This document shows, in pieces, positions 37,554-44,878 of a DNA stretch of 64,000 bases. The notes under the pieces were generated by a model, which ran no database searches, was not told where the DNA came from, and saw only the letters and a program-made list of their open reading frames with translations. The first letter of the stretch is position 1; each line of letters begins with the position of its first letter. Where the stretch lies: NCBI GenBank assembly GCA_959604355.1, contig CAUHAO010000007.1:9778-73777 (forward strand). The letters are read 5' to 3'. The DNA is from an uncultured Eubacteriales bacterium (lineage in GTDB: Bacteria; Bacillota; Clostridia; Oscillospirales; UBA644). The position numbers and the translations under genes were made by a program.

Positions 37554-37681
37554 GTCTTCCCTCCGCTAATAAAAATATTGCGCTTACAAAGTCTCTGTCA
37601 ATATCGCCGCTCCGGCCATGCACAAGCCGATGTTCCTCTCCTTACGACCGGCATCAGCAACACCTCAAACGGTGTTTTTGC

Positions 37682-37736
37682 AACAAAAAAGGCAATGGGG
37701 TCTTTAATGTTTTTCATTAAAGACCCCATTGCCTTT
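37682..37736 (-). terminator. Strong intrinsic terminator (perfect 22-bp stem, 5-nt loop, U-tract on minus strand)
   Basis: aaaggcaatggggtctttaatg-ttttt-cattaaagaccccattgccttt. The minus strand continues TTTTTTgttg. Confidence 0.85.
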
Positions 37737-37746
37737 ACACTCAAGT

Positions 37747-37775
37747 AATATACTTCACTTTCGGCTTTTTGTCAA
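37747..37775 (-). promoter_or_regulatory. Near-consensus sigma-A promoter directly upstream of the 22-bp hairpin
   Basis: The minus strand reads TTGACA, 17 nt, then TATATT. The predicted TSS falls only a few nt before the hairpin. Confidence 0.55.
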
Positions 37776-37892
37776 TCACCAAATGAAATGTTTTGCAATT
37801 TTTTCGATTTTCAAAGGAAAATTCCATGATCATCCGACGAAAATCATGTCTCGTAAAAAACGACTTTCGCGTCTTTTTTTGTTTTAATGAAT

Positions 37893-38465
37893 TCAATCAA
37901 ATTCGTATATGCGTTTTTCCGTATTAACCATGTGTGAAAGGTGAACGATATAAATGACGGTGAGAATATTCTGCAAGCCCATATAAACTATACACACACC
38001 CGAGACAATCATCATCGCATTGTGCGCACCTATCGGATCTATGAGCAAAAATATGCCCGCAGCGAGAGAAAGTACTGCGCCCACGAGTATGAGCCACCAC
38101 TCACCGAAGCCGAAACGTTTCGCGTCTATCCCCGTCTGGAATTTCAACGCGCTTGAAATGAGAAGACATATCCCGATAGCGAAAACGAACGCCGAAATTA
38201 CAGCTCGTGCAAAAATTGCAAGAAGAATACCGGCGGCAGCCACAGCGAAACCTACAGCAAAATCGAATCTGAACGGAACACGAGCGCTGCGTTCACGGAA
38301 ATAACCTACTATTTTTATAAGCCCGTAAACTACGAGTCCCGCCGCCGCGACATAGCACAGCACGAGCGACGACGTTTCGGGGAACGCAATGACCGCAATG
38401 CCGAGAATCACGAGCACCGTGGAGAGAATTATATAAAGCCACTTAACTTTTTTTATCATTGTCAT
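37893..38465 (-). CDS. HdeD/DUF308-family integral membrane protein
   Basis: The start MTMIKKVKW has GGAGG 8 nt upstream. Six predicted TM helices. The sequence WLYIILSTVLVILGIAVIAFPETSSLVLCYVAAAGLVVYGLIKIVGYF is typical of DUF308 repeats. Confidence 0.7.
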   Translation of the reverse strand: MTMIKKVKWLYIILSTVLVILGIAVIAFPETSSLVLCYVAAAGLVVYGLIKIVGYFRERSARVPFRFDFAVGFAVAAAGILLAIFARAVISAFVFAIGICLLISSALKFQTGIDAKRFGFGEWWLILVGAVLSLAAGIFLLIDPIGAHNAMMIVSGVCIVYMGLQNILTVIYIVHLSHMVNTEKRIYEFD

Positions 38466-38502
38466 AGTCTTGTCCTCCGGAAAACATTTATTTTGCATAT
38501 CC

Positions 38503-38531
38503 ATTATATCACCTTTTCGGTAAATAATCAA
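38503..38531 (-). promoter_or_regulatory. Sigma-A promoter of the DUF308 gene
   Basis: The minus strand reads TTGATT, 17 nt, then TGaTATAAT (extended -10). Confidence 0.65.
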
Positions 38532-38609
38532 GTATATTTTCAAAAAAATCTGTTTTCGGCGAATCGGTAAAAGTAAACCGGCAGATCGGCTATTTCAGCC
38601 TGACTTATT

Positions 38610-40430
38610 TTATTTTGCGCTGGCCGAACCGAGAGTAGTGCCGCCGAGAATGAAGGTGTATTCGCCTCCCGGAACGAGCCCTTCGGAGCATATCAATATG
38701 CATCCGTATGCTTTCGGGGGTATGATATCGAGGAGTGCCGATGACGAGGCGTCAACGACTTTGAGCTGAGTGTCAGCCTTACCGTCGAGAGACACGAAAA
38801 TATACGGCTGTGAACCGCTTGAAACGCCCTGCGCCATGCCTGTGCTGCCCAGAGCGATGAGTGTACCGCCCGTAACGGTGCAGGATCGGTCATAGTCGAG
38901 TGCCGCGTTGCCGTTATCCGTCGGACCGTAGACGAGAACATATCCGCCCGTCATTTCGACTGTGCCGTTGGAGTCTATGCCGTCACCAGAGGCGTTGACT
39001 ATGTATTTGCCGCCGCTTATTTTTATCTCTCCGCTTGATGACGAGAACATACCCATACCAGGTCTGCCGGAAATGGAAGATGAATCCGAGCCGCCGGCAG
39101 CATTAAAGCCGTCATCTGTTGCGATTATCGAGACATCCCCGCCCCGAAGGTCGAGAGTCGCCGCCTCGAGACCTTCATAACTCTTATTTATCATTATCGT
39201 GCCGCCGCTTATAACGAGCGTATCATCGGCATGGATGCCGTCGTCGCCCGAGCAAATACGAGCGCTCGCGCCGCTTATGATCACATTGCCGTTACAACAT
39301 ATACTGTCGTCGGAGGAATCTATGTCGAGCGTGCCGCCCGATACCGTGATATTATTCTGCGCTTTAAGACCTTTCGCACTTTCTGTATCCGATGAGGTTT
39401 TTGAACTTTCCTTTCCTCCCGGGGCTCCTCGTCCTCCGGGGCCGCCCATACCGCCCGCAGACCATTGTCCCCAGCCGCCGGGTCTACCAGCAGATGAAGA
39501 AGTGCTTGAATTCACACTGCCGCCGCCCGTAACAAGAGTAATTCTTCCTCCGGTAACGTTTAGATCTGTTGCCGCCTGAATCGCGTCATGCGTCGAGGTT
39601 ATGTTGACAGTTCCGCCATCGACATTGATATACCCTTTTCCGTCATCCGTATTTTTCGTTTTCAGCCCGTCGTCGCCCGCAGTAACGGTAACCGAGCCCG
39701 ATGCTATGATAACGGAATCCTTCCCGACAATCCCGTCGCCGACTGCCGTTACGGAAAGTGTCGCTTTTTCAAAACGGAAATCATCCTTTGTGTGTATGCC
39801 TTTTTCGTAATTTGCATTAATATTGAGTACGCCTTGACCCGTTATTTTGAGGTCATCGCGGCTGAATATGCACGCGTCCTCTTCCTCATCACCCAAAACA
39901 AACGTGTATTCCGCGCCGTCCGTGAGAGTGTTTTCTGTACCCTCTTCAAGTTCGATAACAAGTTTGTCCCCGACGTTGGCAACATATATCGCCGCGCCGT
40001 TTCCGCAAGTCACATTGATGCCGCCGAAAACAAGCTTTGTCTTTTCGCTGTCGGAAGAATCAACAACTATGCGCCCGTTGAACGTGCCTTTGAAATAAAA
40101 TGTTCCAGACATATTTACAGTCACGGTCGAGCCCGAAACAGATGCCCCCATGCCTGAAATCTGCGCGGTATTTCCGAGAAGAGTTACCTTAGCGGTATAC
40201 GTTTTTGTATCAGAAGGAGCGTCTTGAGGTGAATATGTTGAACGCTCTGTCGGAACGTCCGTTGCTTCATCCGAAGGAATTTCAGAATCAGCATCCGTGA
40301 AGGCTTCCGTGCGTCTCTCTGTCGGTGTTGAAGACGGGGATTCCGTAGAATATACGGGGATTTTCACATCACAAGCAGAGAGAATTATCACGAAGCAGAC
40401 AAGGAGCACCGCAAAAGATCCGAACTTCAT
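38610..40430 (-). CDS. Lipoprotein with repetitive right-handed beta-helix-like repeats (Cthe_2159/DUF4353-like carbohydrate-binding family)
   Basis: The start MKFGSFAVLLVCFVIILSAC (lipobox) has AAGGAAG upstream. A Ser/Thr/Pro/Asp-rich linker follows. Repeats are of the type GDDGIHADDTLVISGGTI, TDDGFNAAGG and SGDGIDSNGTVEMTGG. There is an internal Gly-rich tract GGMGGPGGRGAPGG. The 105-codon upstream extension in the track is rejected. Confidence 0.65.
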   Translation of the reverse strand: MKFGSFAVLLVCFVIILSACDVKIPVYSTESPSSTPTERRTEAFTDADSEIPSDEATDVPTERSTYSPQDAPSDTKTYTAKVTLLGNTAQISGMGASVSGSTVTVNMSGTFYFKGTFNGRIVVDSSDSEKTKLVFGGINVTCGNGAAIYVANVGDKLVIELEEGTENTLTDGAEYTFVLGDEEEDACIFSRDDLKITGQGVLNINANYEKGIHTKDDFRFEKATLSVTAVGDGIVGKDSVIIASGSVTVTAGDDGLKTKNTDDGKGYINVDGGTVNITSTHDAIQAATDLNVTGGRITLVTGGGSVNSSTSSSAGRPGGWGQWSAGGMGGPGGRGAPGGKESSKTSSDTESAKGLKAQNNITVSGGTLDIDSSDDSICCNGNVIISGASARICSGDDGIHADDTLVISGGTIMINKSYEGLEAATLDLRGGDVSIIATDDGFNAAGGSDSSSISGRPGMGMFSSSSGEIKISGGKYIVNASGDGIDSNGTVEMTGGYVLVYGPTDNGNAALDYDRSCTVTGGTLIALGSTGMAQGVSSGSQPYIFVSLDGKADTQLKVVDASSSALLDIIPPKAYGCILICSEGLVPGGEYTFILGGTTLGSASAK

Positions 40431-40522
40431 ATAAAATCTTCCTTTCATCTTTTCGTCTTTTATTATATGCTGAATTTTCGGTATAAAAATGAATTTCGGG
40501 AAAATTTTTGTGGCTAACACAC

Positions 40523-40551
40523 TTGATTTTGCATCGCAAATGTGATATATT
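40523..40551 (+). promoter_or_regulatory. Sigma-A promoter of the lyxose-isomerase-like gene
   Basis: TTGATT, 17 nt, then TGaTATATT. Confidence 0.6.
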
Positions 40552-40581
40552 ATACATAGGAAGAATATAAGAGGAGAAAAA

Positions 40582-41274
40582 ATGAAGAGATCAAAGATAA
40601 ACTCTATGATAAAGGACGCGGAACTGCTTTTTGAGCTCAACGGATTCCGCCTGCCGCCTTTCGCATACTTGATGCCGTCGGAATGGCTTACAAAAAGCGC
40701 ATCGTATTCAGAGCTGAGGCATAACGGCCTCGGCTGGATGTGCACGGACTTCGGCGCGGATCACGGCGCTGTTATACGCTTCATTCTTCGCAGAGGCGAC
40801 CCTGAAGCAGAGAAATACCGAAAACCGTATTCGGAAGAAATATTCATGTGCAGGAAAGGTACGAGTGTTCCTCCGCATTGCCATTTAAGCCGCATGCAGG
40901 ATATTGTCAATCGGGGCGGCGGGGTTCTCACGGTAAGGATACTCGGCACACGGAAAGGCATGGAAAACGTGACTCTGCGCAAAGACGGGTTCACCTTCAC
41001 CGTGCATCAGTACGGTTTAGTGAAGCTGTGCGAAGGCGAGAGTCTGACTATACCCGCCGGCTGTATACATGAGATATGCGCGGACGGCGACGACGTGGCT
41101 GTGTCGGAAATATCGACATTCATGTGTATCACCTCCGACGACTATTTCACGGTAAGGAAGCCCGCACGGTCCCTGAAACTTGAAGAAGACGAACCCCCTT
41201 ACAGACTTCTCATATCCGACTATAAAAATCTGTCGGCCTGCATTCGGAAAACAGTCTCCGACGACAAAATTTAA
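40582..41274 (+). CDS. D-lyxose/D-mannose family sugar isomerase (cupin)
   Basis: MKRSKINSMIKDAELLFELNGFRLPPFAY...GLGWMCTDFG...KYRKPYSEEIFMCRKGTSVPPHCH matches the D-lyxose ketol-isomerase family pattern. Confidence 0.8.
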   Translation: MKRSKINSMIKDAELLFELNGFRLPPFAYLMPSEWLTKSASYSELRHNGLGWMCTDFGADHGAVIRFILRRGDPEAEKYRKPYSEEIFMCRKGTSVPPHCHLSRMQDIVNRGGGVLTVRILGTRKGMENVTLRKDGFTFTVHQYGLVKLCEGESLTIPAGCIHEICADGDDVAVSEISTFMCITSDDYFTVRKPARSLKLEEDEPPYRLLISDYKNLSACIRKTVSDDKI

Positions 41275-41295
41275 TAAAATATTCACTTTATTATG

Positions 41296-41324
41296 TTGAA
41301 ATCAGCGAAAACCTGTGATATACT
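41296..41324 (+). promoter_or_regulatory. Sigma-A promoter of ilvE
   Basis: TTGAAA, 17 nt, then TGaTATACT. Confidence 0.6.
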
Positions 41325-41363
41325 GTATAAAAGACAAAAATTTCTCAGGAGAGGGAGATAATC

Positions 41364-42389
41364 ATGGAAAAGAAAAACATTGACTGGTCCAATCTCGGTT
41401 TCGGATATATCCAGACCGATAAAAGGTTTATTTCCAACTATAAAGACGGTGCGTGGGACGAAGGAACACTTACGTCCGACCCGAACGTCGTTATCAACGA
41501 ATGTGCATGCGTACTGCAATATGCGCAGACCTGCTTTGAGGGTCTTAAAGCCTACACCACAGAGGACGGACATATCGTAACGTTCCGCCCCGACCTCAAC
41601 GCGGAACGTATGGAACAGTCCGCGGAGAGACTTGAAATGCCGGTTTTCCCGAAAGAGAAATTCATCGACGCTGTCGTGAAGACCGTTGAGGCAAACGAAG
41701 CATACGTTCCTCCGTACGGCTCGGGCGCAACGCTCTACATACGCCCGTATATGTTCGGCTCAAACCCTGTCATCGGCGTTAAGCCCGCGACAGAGTACCA
41801 GTTCAGAATTCTCGTCACACCCGTCGGACCGTATTTTAAAGGCGGTGTACGTCCGCTCAATCTGCGTATAAGCGATTTCGACCGCGCGGCGCCCCACGGC
41901 ACAGGACACATCAAAGCGGGTCTTAACTACGCAATGAGCCTTCACGCGATAGTTTCCGCGCATAAAGAAGGTTTCGACGAGAATATGTATCTCGACGCTT
42001 CGAGCAGAACGAAGATCGAGGAGACAGGCGGTGCAAACATCATCTTTGTGACCAAAGACAACAAAGTTGTCACCCCCAAGTCTTCAAGCATCCTGCCATC
42101 CATCACCAGACGTTCCCTGATGTATGTCGCAAAAGAGTACCTCGGACTCGAAGTCGAGGAACGCGACATTTACCTTGCAGAAGTTCCTGACTTCGTCGAG
42201 TGCGGCCTCTGCGGCACTGCGGCTGTCATCTCCCCCGTCGGCACGCTCAACGACCACGGGAAAGTCATCACCTTCGCAAACGGCTGCAAGGAAATGGGCC
42301 CCGTTACAAAGAAGCTTTACGAGACTCTCACAGGTATCCAGATGGGAAAAATCAAGGCTCCCGAGGGATGGATAAAAGTAATAAAATAA
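41364..42389 (+). CDS. ilvE: Branched-chain amino acid aminotransferase (class IV)
   Basis: WSNLGFGYIQTD..., LQYAQTCFEGLKAY and TGGANIIFV. 341 aa. Confidence 0.92.
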   Translation: MEKKNIDWSNLGFGYIQTDKRFISNYKDGAWDEGTLTSDPNVVINECACVLQYAQTCFEGLKAYTTEDGHIVTFRPDLNAERMEQSAERLEMPVFPKEKFIDAVVKTVEANEAYVPPYGSGATLYIRPYMFGSNPVIGVKPATEYQFRILVTPVGPYFKGGVRPLNLRISDFDRAAPHGTGHIKAGLNYAMSLHAIVSAHKEGFDENMYLDASSRTKIEETGGANIIFVTKDNKVVTPKSSSILPSITRRSLMYVAKEYLGLEVEERDIYLAEVPDFVECGLCGTAAVISPVGTLNDHGKVITFANGCKEMGPVTKKLYETLTGIQMGKIKAPEGWIKVIK

Positions 42390-42409
42390 TTATTTTTCTC
42401 ATATTTTCA

Positions 42410-42438
42410 AGGCGGAAGAAAATTCTTCCGCCTCTTTT
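42410..42438 (+). terminator. ilvE terminator
   Basis: aggcggaagaa-aa-ttcttccgcct followed by cttttcg. Confidence 0.75.
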
Positions 42439-42533
42439 CGTACATGATTTATAAAAAACTGATAACAAAAAACGTTGTTTGTCGCAGTTCCTTTGATTTC
42501 TTGCAAATTTTTCCGCAAATGAAATGAAAACTA

Positions 42534-42562
42534 TTGATTTTACACAAAAGAAGTGCTATAAT
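42534..42562 (+). promoter_or_regulatory. Near-consensus sigma-A promoter of the membrane-protein/MutS-like operon
   Basis: TTGATT (42534-42539), a 17-nt spacer, then TGcTATAAT (42554-42562). The first ATG of the track ORF (42534) lies inside the -35 element and is therefore not the start. Confidence 0.7.
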
Positions 42563-42596
42563 TAAGAAAACTTATAGAATATTTCGAGGTGACACC

Positions 42597-43298
42597 GTGG
42601 AATTTCTGAGACTCATCGCATTGTTGCTGGTGTATGTCGGAGGCGGACTTTTCCTGCTGTTTGCGGTCATCTTCCCGATATTAAGATACATAGTATGCCG
42701 CATATTTTTATTCATCAGATGCCTTTTCTGCCGCGCCGAGTTTTCGGAAGTCGGCTTTATGCGCTGTCTTATACCGCATTTCGGCGATAAACCCGATATT
42801 CTGTTACTTTCCGGCAAAAACCTTTACGCTATAAAACTCATTTCTTTCCGAAAAACGAAAAAGACCGTCGTTTTTGCTTCCGATAAATACTGGGAAGTCG
42901 AAAACATCATACCTAACCCCCCGTCGGACAACGAAGGCGCCGCAGGAATGCTCTTTGTAAAATGGCACGAATTGCGCGTATTCCGTCACACTCGGCGAGC
43001 CCCGTACGGTCTTATAAAATATACCGCGAACATAAACAAAGCCCTCGCGGACGAAAAAATCGACTGTGTTCCCGTATACTTATTCAGCCCGTCGGTAAAG
43101 CAGCTGCGCACACTCACGAAGGTCGATATGCTCAACGGCGACACTACGTTCTACGGCGTGGTGGTCGGCAACGGATTTTACCCTGACAACGCAAAGCGCA
43201 GCGACCTTGACGCGAAGGAAAGCCGCCGAATCATGAAGACGGCAAAGAAAGCGCTTCGAGTCAAACTTCCCAAAGAAAGGAAAGGTTCAGCAACATGA
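42597..43298 (+). CDS. Membrane-anchored protein of unknown function (first gene of the MutS-like operon)
   Basis: The GTG start has GAGGTG 5 nt upstream. Hydrophobic N-terminus (LRLIALLLVYVGGGLFLLFAVIFPIL), a soluble approximately 150-aa domain, and a Lys/Arg-rich tail. The stop overlaps the next ATG (ATGA). Confidence 0.6.
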   Translation: MEFLRLIALLLVYVGGGLFLLFAVIFPILRYIVCRIFLFIRCLFCRAEFSEVGFMRCLIPHFGDKPDILLLSGKNLYAIKLISFRKTKKTVVFASDKYWEVENIIPNPPSDNEGAAGMLFVKWHELRVFRHTRRAPYGLIKYTANINKALADEKIDCVPVYLFSPSVKQLRTLTKVDMLNGDTTFYGVVVGNGFYPDNAKRSDLDAKESRRIMKTAKKALRVKLPKERKGSAT

Positions 43299-44878
43299 AA
43301 CTCTTCTTCGATCCGATAAAGACACCGCCGCAGCCCGCAAAACCCCTTGACAGATGTGTTGCACAGGATATGCAGCTCGAAGAACTGCTGCATAATTTCA
43401 TAGCGGACAGGGAAATGGAAGGCTCCGTTTACGACGTTGTGATGGATTTTTGTAGCGACGGAGACATAATCCGATACAGGCAGAATATTCTCGGAGACCT
43501 CATTTACAGCGATGATGTTTACGGTATGTTCACCGCGCTCAAGGATAATCTGTTTGAACTGAAAATACTGTTTGAAATGGAAATGTTCAAACAAATACCC
43601 GAAATGAAATCCATGAAAACGTTCCTCGTGACGGAAAAATTCGTTGACATATATACAGCGCTTCTCGGACGCGCGAAAGCGGCTAACAACTCTTCCCTTT
43701 CCGCGGAAACGAAAAAAATCATTGAAGATATCTGCGATGCGACGCGTGTGGCTGAGCTTGACACGATACGCAAAGACCTTGAAGGACTTCGCGAAAGCCT
43801 CAAAGAGCTTGAAAGGATACGTTTCAACCGCTTTTTCTCACGAGGTCAGAATATAGAAAACAGCATCATTCCCGCCACGAAAGAAAAATCCGTTACAACG
43901 GATATCGCCGAACTTGCGAAATGTATGGGCCTTGACGTGACGGAGGCGGAAGCCTGTGCACTTCAGGCAAGCCGCGAAATGACGCGCCCCGTATTCATCG
44001 CACTTTACAATGAATATCATCACATTTTCGAGCAAATAGACGCCTTCCATGACAAATACAACAGCACATTCGACATCGAATGGATAAACGTTATTCCAAA
44101 GCTCAACGCGATACTCGGCTTCGCGATAATGTATCGCCGCCTCCGAGAACGCGGATTTGCCATCGCGAAAGCGACGCAGGCGCCGTTGACAAACGTGAAC
44201 GGTCTTTACAGTTTCTTTCTTGTTGACAAAGGCCTCACGCCCGCACAAGTAGTGAGCAATGATTACGTCTGCACCGACGACACGTCGTTCTTCTTCATAA
44301 TGGGTCCCAATGCGGGCGGCAAGACGATATTCCTTTCTTCTGTCGGTCTGTGTCAGCTCTTTTTCCAGGCGTGCGGATTCGTTCCCGCTTCACGCGCGCA
44401 GATCAAGATAATGAAAAGAATGTTCACACACTTCCCCGTCGAGGAATACAATGACAACTCGGGCAGGCTTGTCGAAGAGCAGGGACGTGTTGAAAAGATA
44501 TTCGGAGATGTCACCGACGGTGAATGTCTTGCGCTGTTCAACGAAACATATTCCTCCACGAAAGCGGATATAGCGTATAAGCTCTCCGTAGAGCTCTGTG
44601 AAAAAGCCCGTGCCACGCGTCTTTCGGGAATTTTCGTCACCCACCTGCACTCACTCAAGGATTACGCCCGCGAGACCGTCTGCCGTGCGCCTCATATCGG
44701 AGCTCTGACGGCGATGAAAGATAAAAGAACGGGCGCACGTACATATAAGATAGTTCCGATGAGCGACCAGAACTCGTCCTTCGCAAAGGATATCCTCGAA
44801 AAATATGACATGACCGTTGAACAGATATTCGACAGAATACAAACAAAGCAGAAGGAGGACAAAGCTCATGTTTCCTGA
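43295..44878 (+). CDS. MutS-family ATPase paralogue A (core/lever-like region plus domain V; no mismatch-binding or nuclease domain)
   Basis: Walker A FFIMGPNAGGKTIFL, Walker B region CLALFNETYSST, FVTHLHSL motif, and an N-terminal helical region with IRYRQNILGDL, which resembles MutS domain III. Confidence 0.8.
   Translation: MKLFFDPIKTPPQPAKPLDRCVAQDMQLEELLHNFIADREMEGSVYDVVMDFCSDGDIIRYRQNILGDLIYSDDVYGMFTALKDNLFELKILFEMEMFKQIPEMKSMKTFLVTEKFVDIYTALLGRAKAANNSSLSAETKKIIEDICDATRVAELDTIRKDLEGLRESLKELERIRFNRFFSRGQNIENSIIPATKEKSVTTDIAELAKCMGLDVTEAEACALQASREMTRPVFIALYNEYHHIFEQIDAFHDKYNSTFDIEWINVIPKLNAILGFAIMYRRLRERGFAIAKATQAPLTNVNGLYSFFLVDKGLTPAQVVSNDYVCTDDTSFFFIMGPNAGGKTIFLSSVGLCQLFFQACGFVPASRAQIKIMKRMFTHFPVEEYNDNSGRLVEEQGRVEKIFGDVTDGECLALFNETYSSTKADIAYKLSVELCEKARATRLSGIFVTHLHSLKDYARETVCRAPHIGALTAMKDKRTGARTYKIVPMSDQNSSFAKDILEKYDMTVEQIFDRIQTKQKEDKAHVS

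Noticed and set aside
37850-37892. A/T-rich imperfect hairpin (aaaaaacgac...gtcttttttt) just after the DUF308 gene, considered as its terminator
   Set aside because: Only 3 G-C pairs with a mismatch. The strong 22-bp hairpin at 37682-37736 is the more credible terminator.
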